Under the pieces are notes generated by a model that was not told where the DNA came from, made no database searches, and was given only the letters and a program-made list of their open reading frames with translations. Made by a program: the position numbers and the translations under genes. Positions 39,676-53,894 of a DNA stretch of 64,000 nt are shown one piece after another; positions within the stretch are counted from its first letter, which is position 1, and every line of letters begins with the position of its first letter. Origin of the DNA: Perna viridis (lineage: Eukaryota); NCBI GenBank assembly GCA_037379345.1, contig CM074523.1, positions 12,716,551-12,780,550 of the forward strand, written 5' to 3'.

Positions 39676-41910
39676 CTGTAAACAAACAAAGAGGTGTGAT
39701 GATAAATGCGAGCAGATAAATCAACCATTTTCAGTGCATATGGCTCAACAAGTTAAATTGAATGGGCCGCATTCCGTGTTTCAGTCACACATTCTGCTTT
39801 AATCTCAGCAGCGTTTTATATTATCATTTTGAAAGACATGGGGTGATGTTAACATTTGATATCTGTAAGTAGATTTCATCTGTAGTCACTACCAAAAACA
39901 TTTCCACTGGGCAGTAATAAGTAACTGAAAGTGTATTTAAATTGGTCAATCATAAGAATCTAAATCATCAAAAAATGCCAAAGAGAAAGTCGGGTAAAAA
40001 ATAAAGGAATTTCAAGAATGGGGATTATCGTTTTGCCTCCAACTTCTTGAAGCATTAGAAGTTTTGCTAATCGATGACCAAAGAAAAAGTGAAAAGTAAC
40101 TGCCCTTAGTCTCTACATTTGCATTCAGTATTCTCAATATTGACTTACTTCTTTGTTGCCAACAAAATAAATTTCCCTCTCCGATTATCCATTGTCGTCT
40201 TGCAAGGTTGGCTTTAATCTGTCCTTTGAGGTTAACAGAGACCCTACACCTTTTGCTCTAAATACCCAACGCGCAAACAAAATGCGAAATCCTTTAGCAG
40301 ACAAATAATATTTGATTCATATACGTATATTTGCCGTGTATATTAGGCATCATAATAGAGACATGTTAAGGTAGTAAGTTATCAGGATCATATGACAAAA
40401 AGTAATAAATATAGTATAAGTTCAGAATCATATTATCAAAAGAACTGTTTTATGAAGCAACTAATCTAAGTACTTGTACATATTATGAGAGCAACATGAC
40501 AAAACATACATGCCTTTTATGTAAAATAAAGGTCAGTTACTTGATTCATGTGATATCATCTGCAATATATGGAACATCCATGTGATTAACAATGATTGTA
40601 TTAAAATCAATAGAATTACATAACATTTGATTTGTATCATCAATGTGTTCCTCATTTTGTTTATGTCATCAAAAATTGATCAAATTTCACCTGTTGATTG
40701 CCATACAATTATAGTGTTTCCGACCATCAGAATGAATGTTGCAGGCAGATTTATTTTTAGTCTTGTGTGAAGTATAATAATCAATTTTCTAGAAAAATTC
40801 CAACCCAATTCTGTTAGGAATTTTAGATAATCTGCCTATACAAGCAATTATCTATTTTTTTTTACCAAAAGGATTCCTAATATCATATTTTTACCTCTAA
40901 GCTTTGACGATGTTAAGATGCTGTTAATCTTAATACATGTCTACAATCTATTAACATTTGTTTTGAAGGAAGAAAGGACTCCAGTTATATACAATGGTTT
41001 TATTTTTGTTTGAAGCAAAGTTGTTAGGAAAGATTTAAACTGATCCACTCATTTAAAGTATATCAAATGCTATATCGAGAAAAATAGAGATGCAGTATCA
41101 AATTACAATGTATTGGAATAATCAACAATAAATTTGAATTCAATGTTCCCTCCTCTTTTCAAGTATGACTTTGGGTAACACTTATTGTGCATGAATTACC
41201 TACCATGTGGTCTATCACGCACACTTTATAAACTGAACTATAGTAAAGAACAAAACTCGACAATGATTAATTCGTTAAAAAAGTAAAAAAAATGATAAAT
41301 TCATATATGATGTTATTATGATCCTTTTCTGAAACGTTTCTACTGTTGAATGTCAGTCGTAATCTATATCCCCTAGTACGGGGCATTACATTTACTTCAA
41401 TAAATTGTTGTATTGACATAAAACAAAAAATCACGTAATTCGTTGTTTTAAACCACAAAGCAATGAATAATTCATTATCATAGTCGTAAAATATCAAATT
41501 ATAGACATTTTTTTCTCTGGAATCCGTATCTGTATAGACAACACTGCTTATTTTGGCATATCAGTTCAATGAAAGATTAAAGAAGCACGAAATGTGTAGA
41601 CTTTTTTGGAATTCTTCTCTGAACAGCAACGTTAATCTAAATCAATACCTTAAAGAATAGTTTTCGAATATTACTTTATGATTAATAGTAGGCAGCACAT
41701 ATTCTCAATACTATACATGTTTAATGAAATAGTTTTGTGAAGGATAGTGCTATCAAAACTTTTCTCGACCTTTGCGGCCATTACGTAATTAGGATTTCGA
41801 TCGATACGTGTATTCAATATCTAAAATAAACTATTGCTTTGGACTGTAACCAATTCTAATAATAGGATTTGGACTTTTGACCGGATTGCGTATAGGCATG
41901 TATTTTGACA

Positions 41911-41982
41911 ATGGCATACCTGCCTGTAAATAGACACGCCTGGAAGGAACCGGATGATCCAGCCTCCAAACTAAAAGTAGAG
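41911..41982 (+). CDS. First coding mini-exon, paralog B (MAYLPVNRHAWKEPDDPASKLKVE)
   Basis: acaATGG start and phase-0 donor GAG|gtaatt. 13 of 24 residues identical to paralog A, 5 of them through synonymous codon changes. Confidence 0.7.
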
Positions 41983-44401
41983 GTAATTATTCTCTATTGG
42001 ATGTTGTTTATGTCACGTGATTTGTCCACAATAAAACTGATTTTTTTGTAAATGTTTACTGCTTATCAATTGAAAAACTTTTGTGAACTATTTTTGACCA
42101 TTAATAAACAATTAAAATATTCATATTCCTATGCACTTAAATTCATCCACTTGACAGAAGACTTGAATTTCCCATTCCCATAGCTCGTTAACATTGCGTT
42201 CAATTCGAATTCGTTTGTCCAAAGCTAATATATTTGCTATTCACTGTGATCTATCTACATATGGATGATTTCACAAATTGAATTTTAAGGATGTAAATTC
42301 TGATTTTATATTCTTATGCAATATTAAAGTGTACCTGTGCTTGCGATGCACATTCTAAAGCAAGACCTTGCTGGTATTCTAAACAGTAGTTTATCATGCA
42401 AGAACGACTGGATCAAGCATTTAGTAACAAATGATCTTCTTCTTATGCAATATGCCATGGAAGCGTTTTTTTTAAGACAATACAAAGCAATATGTGTTGT
42501 TGTATTATCCGCACTTCGTACAATATCATGGAATTCCTTGGTAGCTCCTACTTGTACCAAATTTAATTTGAAGATAAGAATATTTTGAGATGAATACATT
42601 AAGAGTGTATCATTATAGATATATATGAAGCATAATCTTATTCTACACTCCCTTTGAATTTGGAATGTGCTAATGGTGTGTGTTTGTCTGTTTAAATTAG
42701 AAACTCAAACCTGAGTAATTCGAATGAAAAATCTTTTGAATCATGTATAAGTTGAATCGCAGGCAGTGTAATAGAAAATGAGTCGTATTTCACTCAATAC
42801 CACACTGAAGCTGCACTCACTGTTTTATATCTGTCGCATTGACATTTATTAGAATAATGCAGAATGCTACATTGTCACATTTACGATCTTATATAAAACA
42901 CTCTAAAACCATCTGTGTTTGAATAGAGTAACAAAATATCAGCAGCAGCTAACATAAATAAAAACCCATATAGTCAACATCTAGACTGCTTCCCGATCGC
43001 AATATTCAGTATGTTACACATATAAAAGATAGTGTATTGCTATCATAATACGAATTTGAAGTGCTTCTTGTTCAGTGCAGACTGTCCCGAAATTATCTAT
43101 TTCAGCAATTTTTACGTAAAATTTTAATTTCAATTGTTACATGTATACATTCAAAATTTTCTTCTTTTTTTCACATCAAATTTACTGTCAACGTTAGATT
43201 AGTGTGTTGACTTCTTAGATTCTAGAGGTAAACAAGTAAATTACTTAAGTGTGTTTGTTTTGGGATATTACTTCACCGATATATAATATAACATAATTAT
43301 TTGATTTTAAGATAAGTAATCATTATCATTTTTAACGGGAAGACAAATGATGTTTATTGGTGTTTTCACTATGGTGTACATGTTTTTCTATGTATGATAA
43401 ACAATATAGTTCATTTAAAACAATGTTAGCGACTCAATGTCTAAATGATTTCTTTTGACGTTCAATTTATCAATGCTCTATATCATTTTTTATGGTCGAT
43501 ATGATTGGTCGAATTTTCGACGAAGTTAGTTTGTAATTTTGTTTAACCGTTTGAATATGAAAAATAACTTTCTTCAGAAATAGTAAGTGTACTTTAACTA
43601 AAGCGCTTTCGCTGGACTCTTTAAGAATAATATTGATTTCAAAGGGTTGTGCAATTTTATAAGGTCGTTTACGCTAGGACAATACAAGCGGATCAAGTCA
43701 ATGGGTCGGTATGCTAGTCTTGGAGGTATAAGCATTTGCAATTTTAGCGGGAAAAGGATTTATTTTAATTTTAATATGCTTTGCCTCTATCTATTAAAAT
43801 TCCCGTAGAAATAACAAGAAGTAATTACAAAATTCTCAATTATTCAAAATCAATTATTAAGAGATGATTAATGAAATCAGGAAAAAACGTTGGGGTCACT
43901 TGGTAAAAACTATTATTGATATGAAATGGATAAAGTCAGAGGATTTCGAAAATCCGACAATTGCTGAACACGAACAATGAACATCCTTAAGTAATGTAGA
44001 AAAGCTAGAGAAAAATGATTATTGTAATGATTATATAAAGAAGTTATGACATGAAAACAAAATACTATCGAAAATCACAATTGCTACATTTTATACACAC
44101 AAAAAAAACATGAAAAAAGATAGCTTGCGATTCTGAATAAAACTAAGGAAAAGGAATACTAAAAATATATTTTGTCTAAAATTGTCTTTCTTTTCATAGA
44201 TATTTATACGTTCTCTTGTTTGTTTTTATTACTTATGTTACATCATTTACCATTTAAAGGATCTACAATTAAATTCATTATAAACGTGTATATTTTGAAT
44301 TGTCTTTTCTTTTATACAGAACAACATTTTTCATAGTCGTGATTCCGTATAATGGATATAGATGAAGCTTTAATTCTCAGCCAAATCAGTCGGTATAGTA
44401 T

Positions 44402-44600
44402 CTTACCCTACCGGTGCACCTGGTCCATGCTCCCAGTTTTTAGTGGAGTTCAAGTTGCTCATTTGCTTTTGTGACTTTGTATGTATGATTTTAGTTACTC
44501 TATGTTCTTTGTCGTGTATGTCTGTTTTCCATGTCTGGTCTTTGTCCCTGGGTTGCATTCTTTTGATGACCGCTATAACCTTGGTTCCGTTGATTACTCT
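44402..44600 (+). mobile_element. Penelope-like 3' UTR, well preserved
   Basis: cttaccctaccggtgcacctggtccatgctcccagtttttagtggag...ttgattactct. Confidence 0.9.
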
Positions 44601-47360
44601 TGCAGTAGATTAAAATTCTTAAGTAGCACTCCAGCTAAGGATCAGGCAAAATGTGATTCATGGGTAAAAAGCCTACATATTTTTTAATTTTGATATTTTG
44701 TTTGAAATGCCATAGTAAACACAAATTAACATGTGGTTTTTCATATAACCCGTGACCTTAGGAGATAAAAATTGTATAGAATGCACTGTATATTTCAAAA
44801 TTAGGGGAGATAACTCTGTAAATGACACTCAAATACAATAGAATCTACTGGATTTTCAATGTTTATTATCTTCTAAGAGCAGGCAGTTTTGAATGAATAA
44901 TTACACATTTCATAGTATAGACCCATAAAACAACTTAATTACAAAAATAAAAATATGTAGCCTTTTTTCGGGTGTAACACATTTTTCAGATTTTGCATGA
45001 TTCTTCAAAGACAGCTACTTAATTCTTAACTTATATGGCCGTGGATTGCTTATGTTGTGACATTTGTTCTAATGACTCTTTGATAAAAATGGTTTTGCAT
45101 GCATAGAAAATATCTCACCATCATGATTGACAGTATTAATTCATTAAGTAAATCAATTTTGAACATTTTAGTTTATTTAAAATACTTCAAATACAATCAA
45201 ATACAACGCCATTGCAGACATGAATATTTCCCACGATCTAGATTTAAAAAAATATTTGATGAGCCTCATCATGTTAACCACTCTACGGAGAAAGTTATTA
45301 TTCATATAAATCATTTGTTTGAAGTAACAATCTTTATGTAAATCAGAGAATAAAAATGAAATGTAAAGAATATAAAGAATATTGGCCCAAATTTCTTGCC
45401 TTCTTTTCAATACTTTTTGCCTCTGACGGAGGCCGTAAGGTCGAATATTTTGGCCAATTTTCTTTAGATTTTCAATGTTTATTTTGTATATTACTTGTAT
45501 GTTGTTTTTTCACCTTTTAAACGTGGCTTTTGTTAATTTATTCATATATTCTAATATGCGCTTAATCTGAGCAACGTCTCAACATGTATCTTTTTATTTA
45601 ATGTAAATCAGACGATGTAACTTATGCATGTCAGAAACCCATCAAATTCACTTTTATTTCTTATCCAGAAACAATGAAAGACCATATAGCCTATGAAAGT
45701 TCAGGTTGTTGCACTTGTGAGATACATAAATTATGGATTATGTGTAAATTTGGCACTTTCCAAGAGTTATCTTTCTTGATTTGGTTAAGTGCAAGATTTG
45801 AATACAATGCGTAAATATACTGCATATAAATATTCATATTGATATTGCATTGTTTATTCGGTGGACCTTTTTATACTATGGATTTCTTCTACCAAAGGCA
45901 GTGTCTGAGTTTCATATGGATTGATTATTTAAGTACTTCTCTATCTAAGCATCAGGCATGAGATGTGGCCAATGAAGAAAAAAAACTGATTTAGATTTAT
46001 TGTATAATCCAAATATTTAACCTCAATACCTCAAGAAATAACCTTAACAGTTTTTGTAAAGTTTCCTGTTTAATATATTGTTTGCTCAAATTTTGATAGA
46101 ATGCAATTTTGATTTTTTTTCCCGCACTTATATATAAAATATCAACGGAAGCAATATATTTATGTCACAGATGCAAATTTAGATGTTTTTTAAGTTATTT
46201 CTAGATGTTTTGAATATATTTAAGGCAAAAATACTGAGTTAAAAAAATGATGTACTACCCAATATCTGATTCTTATGCACAATTGTACTAAATGCTCAAA
46301 TGTTTTATCGATTCACTGTCTTTTTCATTTTTCATTTAGTCAAATGTTATTGACTGCTTAGATGTGGTCAACTTCATTCATTAAGACAGTCTCTCAACTA
46401 AACTATTTTTGGACTAAAAAAAAATTCTAGTTAGGGTAGGCGTTCTGTTTACTTAGAATATCACATAATTTGAGATTGATATATAAAGAATACTTACAAT
46501 GTCATGTTATCGAACCACCCAAGGTTCAATTTATACATATTTTACTATACCAGATGTTGCTTCATGTGATTCGACAGGACTAAATGAGATAAAAAAAGTA
46601 TCGTATGAGAACAGAAAAAAAGGGTCAAGATAGTCTTTAAAGTTATTAATAAGGAGTTATGTTCTATGTATTACAACATTTTTGTCCAATTTTCTGTCAA
46701 ATAAACTATGCACTTTATATCCTTATGTACACGCTTTTATCTATTCGTTTAGTGAATTTATTAGAAACAAGTCACGAGGACGTATTTACTTCGTATCTTC
46801 TAAATACTTAATGCGTTTTAAAATTTCCCCAACGTCTTTCAAACAAAATAAAGTGCTTTATCCTTAAATGACGTACTGAAGTTTCCATTTCAGACGATGG
46901 AACAACGCCAGTACAAATACTGCAACAACAGGACTTTAAACAAATGTTGCATATAAAGCGTCTAAACGATATTGATTTAGTCAGCTTGAGTGCTCCAAAA
47001 TCTATAAAGACATTATGATATCCAAATAAATTTGTCTAATTCTATTTACCGAGCGAGGGTGTACATCCCAATAGAGGCAGTTGTCAAAATATTACATAAA
47101 GCTTAAATGATTTCTAGACATGTTGATGTTTGTAGACGTATGGTTTGTTTTGCTGGGTTTTATTTATGACTAACTTCCATTTACACCAAAGTGGAAGCTT
47201 TAGTCGTTAAGTTATATACGAATAGACTATTTATAGAAATTGTCATTTTGGTCATGGATATTTTAAATTTCAATGTTTTTTCAGTGCAAACAGACAACAA
47301 AAGTGAAAATGAACTATTGTAAGAACACTTGGGCATATTCTGCTGAAATTATGCTGAATG

Positions 47361-47557
47361 TGAAACCTGTCTAAAACAAATCCCTTTCGAACTGTTGAAT
47401 TCGGTTGGTAAAGACAGGTGTTTAGTTCATTCAGTTCCAAAATACATTTTGACTGACAAAATGGGACTTCAAATATGTATGTATAAAGCAGGTGTTCGGT
47501 TTATTCAAGGTTTGGTTTAGACAGAATTTCTATTTGGCTTAGATAAATTTCACTGTA
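47361..47557. mobile_element. Tc1/mariner(pogo)-like MITE; related copy at 48314-48474
   Basis: gtgaaacctgtctaaa...tttagacaga...tttcactgta; the related copy starts tacagtga. Confidence 0.6.
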
Positions 47558-49254
47558 TTTTGAGTAAAAGAAACTTTTGAAAAAAACGAACTTTGCAGTA
47601 ATGTGTGGTGACTTCTTTCAACTTTGAACCAAAATTTGTACAGGTAAAGTTAATAATTTCACCCTTTTATAATTTAAAAAAATATATGCTCTCTTACTTG
47701 TTAAGAAATGAAACAGAGACAAAAGAGGCTTTATCAACAAGGAACATCAAAGTTGATAAACAGGAAATATGCCAATAAAAAGTAGAGGTCGTTTGTCATA
47801 TTGTAAAACCGCACTTTAAGTCTAAAGCGATTGCACAATTGTACATTTTTTAAAGTTTCTTACAAACGTGTAACATGTTGTCCCTGTAGATTATTTGGAG
47901 AATTGCTATGTCGTATCTTTATATCAAATGCATTTCAAAATCTGTAATTTAGCTATGGGAACAATTTAGAAGCAGGATGTTACTACATTTGAAAGTATAC
48001 TTGATAGTGATGAGACGGATGATATTGGTTTCAATTAGCTGAGACAGTTGACGAAAATTTACCTTTATGACACTTTCATTATACAATTGCATTTTTTTTC
48101 TATGAAATTTGCTATAGAGTCTTTAATATCCTAATTATTGATCAATCCTTTATATTATTCTGAAATTCAATGTTTACGTTAATACATATATGTTCATCAG
48201 ATAACTAACTGGATTTGGCAGGTTTTATTCAAACTCATTCTCAATATGCTACCATTCAATTTTGTGTCTATACAGTAAAAAAGAAAGTAATAAAATTAAG
48301 AATATATACATTGTACAGTGAGGCATGAACTATCCAAAACCTGTCTAAACAAGACACTTTTTGAAGTCCTTTCTCATTTTATCAATATTTTTTAAACCTG
48401 GATAAACCGAACACTTGTACAAACTGTACAGATTCTAAGCTTCAAAAAGTGTGCAAGTCTTCATGTTTCACTGAATACGCACATGTGTGCGCTTTTTCGC
48501 AGGTTTAAGGCATTGTCTAGAAATTCATGGTTTAACACTGTTTCTGAAAGGACAGTTATTAATTAGTGGGTTTTCTTTGGAGAACAAAATTCAAATTATG
48601 GTATTCAAAGCGCCAGAAAGTGATAGCTTTGAAAGTACTAAGATCATGAATTTAGTCTTACAGGAAATTATGTATTGTGGAAATTTTCATACAGGGCAAG
48701 AGTATTACGTACCTTCTATACGAATTCATTTATCATATGGTTATTAATAATTACTTAACTTTAAAATGTTTGTCTTTAAAATGTTTCAAATATGCCATTA
48801 TAGTAGGTTTTCTGGGCATGGTTTAGCCAGAAAGTCCGATGTACGTACATTAAGAAATATTGGTCTCAAAAATTAGGGACAAGAAGTGTTAATTAGCGTC
48901 ATGAAGTAACAAGAGCCGTCAAGATTCTAAACAAGCTACAAGAGGAGGAAAAGCTACAAGAAGATTTCAAATACATCTATATATCTAACGCCCTCTTACA
49001 GGTTATAACTCTCTTATATTACACCAACTGACAAATGAAAAAGGCACATTGATAATTGTATAAAGTTGGAACGCCCTGCATGTTTGAGATAAAACTGAAA
49101 TGCTTATTTGTGCAATAGATGATTCCTGTACACAGTTAATCTAAAAAAAAATCAGGGACCTCTGTAAACCAACACTTTTAAAAATCCTTTATAGCCGTTC
49201 AAATATATCGTTAACCTTTGTCAATCAAATATCTCTCTAGACTGCACTTATTTA

Positions 49255-50172
49255 ATAGTATTCAAGAGAACCAAGGTTCTAGCGGAAATCAAAAGATTGT
49301 AATCTAGGGACAAAGAACAAACATGGAAACATACATACGCAACAAAGAACATTAAGTAACTAAAATAATAATAAAAAGTAACAAAAGCCAATGAGCAACT
49401 CGGACTACACTAAAAACTGGGAGCATGAAGCAGGTAAGTAAGCGTCCTCTGCTTTTCTAGAAACACCCGTCGAGTTGCTCCGGGATAAATGAAAGAGGAA
49501 AGGAAAACTATGACACGATGAACAAATCAGTTTTCATAGTGCGGATGGATACACCGTAACGATCCACGTGTTCATGATGGCGACCATAAAACTTCTGTAA
49601 TGATGACTTTAACCTTGTAGCAAAATACAAATGTTCCAGAAGCCAAACTGTAAGAAGTCTAGGGCGATACAAAAAGTCTGCGTAGTTACGGCAAGCTCTG
49701 GCATAACGTATAAGTTGTGATATGAAAACTCTATACGCAGGTGCTGAAGGGATGTTGCCAAGATGAAAGGAAAATTGACAATTCTGAATGAAGTGTCAAC
49801 ACGTGTATCGTAAAGTTTGGTCAATAGTGATCCTTTACCACCGATCACTAAATGTAGGTCAAGATATGAGGCTGACTTCACAGTGACTGTAGTATACCTT
49901 ATCTCAAGTTCTTTGGGGTAGATGCGACGTATCAAGTCCCTGAAACTAGGATTGTTTAACGATAGTACGTCATCTATATAGCGGAAACTGAGATTAAAGG
50001 ATTTAGCTAAATTATGTTCTTTCTTTCGGATTTGATCAGCTATAAAGTCAACTTTATAACATAAGAGTGCAGGAATAGGCCAGCAAGTAGAGGAGCACAA
50101 TTTGTTCCCATTGGAATGCCGACCGTTTGTTGAATAATGCGTCCACCACACTGGAAAAATATGTTGTCGATT
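49255..50172 (-). mobile_element. Best-preserved Penelope-like (Naiad/Chlamys-type) retroelement fragment
   Basis: GIPMGTNCAPLL, then SFRYIDDVLSLNNP...IYPKELEI..TT..VKSASYLDL...TKLYD...SFRIVNFPF and KFYGRHHEHVDRY. The ORF ends after the thumb with no C-terminal GIY-YIG domain. Confidence 0.92.
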
Positions 50173-52160
50173 AAAACTGTTTTGAAAATATTTTCTTATG
50201 TATATTTGGAAGATGATTTGGAATTTATTTTTTTTTATTTTTTCTAAAATTCCACATGTTGTTTTGTTAAGTGAGATTTCACTATATAAACTCATTAGTA
50301 AAACATTCGGGTTTTATTATATATCTTATTATAGTAGCAATTGTCCATACGCCTCATAGTTTTGGTTTTATTTAAAGACTTGTTATTACTATGCAATGGA
50401 CTTGTCTATAAAACTGCGAATTCAAAATGTTATTTGCTACCATTGTAGATGCGTTTCTATCCAACAGAACTTGAAAAAAATAAAAATGTATCTTTTTTGA
50501 ATAATAGAAATTTATTTTGAAACGAGTTCGTTTTGAAATTTCAGACAATACAAACCAGGTCAAATCTTTGTTTTTTTATGTTTTTATTCTTGTGTTGTTT
50601 GCTTTGATTTTATTTTTGATTATTTTTGACTAATGAAGGACACATTTTTTAACGGATCATGTGACTTTTATTGCCTAGACGAAGAATCATTGTTCTAATC
50701 GAAATGTTCTTTGATTGCATTTTCATAAGCACAATCTTGTGAAATTAATCTCGAATTTCTAAATAAATTTACGACACTGTAACGACTTAATATAAATATG
50801 TGACTACCGTGGAGGTTATTTATCTCCCCTACATTTGCAATCAATTTCGCAGACGACTAAATTATCTTTTGTCTAGCATACTTATACATTCTGTAATTGA
50901 ATACTTCTTTTTTTTTCTATTTCATCGATGAAAATAACATTCCATGCAGTGGAGGTCGCTTTGGAAAAAAATAAACTATTCCGTTGACATTTTTTTCTAT
51001 TAACCTCTTGAGGAGTTGAAAGTATTCCTCATGTCATTTGTCCGTAAGTCAGACTTTTGTTTGCAAAATGATTATTACAGAACCAGTCAACAAGAAATTG
51101 AATGCACTGCATCGAACCATAAAATACTAGTCATGTTAAAGTTTAATGAAGTTTGAACTAAATTTGTGCAGTTTAGCCCCCTTTGATCTCCATATTTGGT
51201 TTCTCTAATCGGTTTATAAACTTGTTGGAATGTTTCATTATTTGCTTTGTTAGACCTAAACATTTGTTTTTCATGTTTATCATGGTGGTCCTAATAATGT
51301 GAAAAACATACGAGAAACATGTTTTCAGGGATTTTCAAAACAAATGTTGCAATTTTTCTGTGTAATAAGTGGAATGTATGTATGTATGTTTATTACCGCT
51401 GTTGGGATTTGAATGTAAATTATAGGATTATATCATAACAGTATTTTGCGACATTGTTTTTTTTTTCTTTTCTATATTTGTAATGAGCGATTGTCTCTGA
51501 AGAACACCGGAGTTTCATGGGGCAAAAACAATTATATTGATAGAACGAAGAACCCATTTGAGTAATCGGCAATCAATTTAAGGAGGTAGACCTAAGATAA
51601 GGGACAAACCTCTTAATATCAGTGATATGTGTGTATCATATTCAATTTCACCCAAGCTTATCAAACTTTCATTTCCAAAATGGCATCATTAATTGTTTTG
51701 GGTTAGACCGTAATGCCACGTCGTCAAACCAACTATTTTATGTCACAAAGATACAACACTTGTATCGGGAAAGTTCCCATTTCATGGTATATTGAAGTAT
51801 GATGTTTTTGAATGGGACGGATGGTGAAAATATTTTTTTTTAAACTAATTACTGATATGATAAAAATGTATCAAATTTAACTAGACAAAATATTTAAATG
51901 TGGAAGAATTCAAAACATACAATTCAATTTGATAATGTTAATATTTCATAAAGAAGAATGAAATGGGAATTCAAAGGGGGATGGGGATTCTTCTATGGAG
52001 AGTGGGAAAATCTCAGTGGGGAATGGGGGTGTTGTAAATTGAACGTTAATTCTACTCAAGAGCTGATACACCTCCTACTTCTATTATTATCTTGAACAAA
52101 TGTCTTATATCAATGACAATTGGTTGAATACAAAATGTACCAGTCTTATACATTGTAAAT

Positions 52161-52220
52161 TTTGATATGCTGTACACGTGTTTCAAGGAATAACCTCTCA
52201 CCAGCAGCATTAAAATCAAA
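52161..52220 (-). ncRNA. Minimal type I hammerhead ribozyme fold with core variant CUGGUGA
   Basis: Reverse strand reads tttgat ttta atgctg CTGGTGA gagg ttatt cctt GAAA cacgtg TA cagcat atcaaa. Stems I and II pair and stem III is palindromic. Confidence 0.7.
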
Positions 52221-53180
52221 TATGCAGGAAGATCATTATCAAAATATTAGTTGTACACAAGCAGTCTTCAAAACCTAAATTATCGAAAGAGGAAGCCAAA
52301 TCCACCACCGAGAGGTTCTATCATATGCAATGAAAGGAATGAAATCTCAGTGTTTTACGTAATGTTCAATTTGGAATACTGCAAGTTATCATAAATAGGG
52401 TACATAAATATGATATAATTCGGCGTCACACAAGTCTGACTACTTGAAATAATGTATTAGGGTATCATTTTCGTACACCACTTATGAACGATTCTGTTGC
52501 CTATTTTAAGATGCCATTTAGTTTAACAAGATATGCCGTCCTTTGCCAACTGTGTATATAGTTTATATATTTCATAAACTTGGTGTATTATACTGGTATT
52601 TTCAAAATATTTTTTTATGTTCTTAATTGTCAATTGAGTTCTTACCACCTGATCTAGCCACGAAAAACAAATTCTTTATACTTTCAGTGTTATTACGCAT
52701 ATTTATCCTGGAAAAGGAAAAGAATAATAATAAATTGGGTCCTTATCAATAGGTACACTACGTGTATGGGAAATACTTCACATTTTATGATATATCGGGG
52801 GTTGGGAATTCGGATGAGGATTTAAATTTAGAAAATTTGGATTAATTACTTTAGTATTTATCTATATGATAGAAATGAATTAAATCTAATAAAAAAAAAC
52901 AGTTTAAATGTAAAAAAAAATAAAAATATTAAATATAATTTTATAATGTACATATCTGATACGAAATATTCAATGGGATTCTATGGAGATGGGGATTTTT
53001 ATGGGGAATTGGGATGGGGACAATGGGTAATGGTGAGTGGAGGTGGTGTATGGTATAAATGGAAAGTTACACCATTCAAGAGCTGTATGTTACCTAAAAT
53101 TCATCATGTATCTTGTGTCTTTCTTTTTCTTAGTTGACATCTTACGACTTGCCTGCTGACCAAGTTTCCTCATTTTTCCT

Positions 53181-53487
53181 CACAAGAAAAAGTGACACAT
53201 ATGTATTCATATGTTTTACAACTTATAAAAATATATGTTCAGGACCAATATTGACATTTGTTTTTTGTGCCTATGAATATACAAGGAAGCAATAGTTTTT
53301 TTTTCCAAATTACACGAAATCTATACCTTTTTCGTACATTTACCTATTTTTTTAGGAGTTAATCTGTTAGTCTTAAACATGTGTTTTTATACGTTTTTCT
53401 CGGTGGTCCTAATAATATGAAAAACATATGAGGAACATGTTTTGTTATAAAACATGTACAAAACATATCCTGCAGTTTTTTCCTGTG
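53181..53487. mobile_element. MITE with CAC...GTG termini
   Basis: cacaagaaaaagtg at the left, cagttttttcctgtg at the right, with internal inverted aggacca/tggtcct. Confidence 0.6.
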
Positions 53488-53682
53488 TAATAAGTTGAAT
53501 GTTTGTTTGTAATCGTGACTTAAATGTTTATAGTAACATTATATCATAACAGTATTTTGCGGCCATTTTTCTTTTCTATATTAATAATTAGCATTTAAAA
53601 AACATTGGTGTTTCATGCGGCAAAAAATTTGTTGAGCACGATAGAGCAAAGAGCCCAGTTAAGTAATCGGCAATCAATTTAA

Positions 53683-53894
53683 GGAGGTAGACCTAGGGTA
53701 AGTCACATAACTCTTACAAATCATTTGAAAGTTTGTATTCAGCATTTTACATCAATCTCATTTAAATATCAAGGTAACTTGGATTGTTTTCATTCCATCT
53801 CAAATGAAAGCTTGATAGGCTTTGGTGAAATTATATATGATACAAACATGTCACTAATTTCAACAGTTATGTCCCTCACCCGAGGTCGATCTCC
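53683..53894. mobile_element. MITE flanked by TTAA (Kolobok-like)
   Basis: TTAA|GGAGGTAGACCTAGGGT...ACCCGAGGTCGATCTCC|TTAA. Confidence 0.85.

Noticed and set aside
39830-39900. miR-71 precursor
   Set aside because: Only the first 13 nt (tgaaagacatggg) match. There is no proper star arm and no neighbouring miR-2.
52946-53137. Gly-rich protein ORF
   Set aside because: It arises from a G-run tract whose copy near 51960 shows no evident conservation of the peptide.
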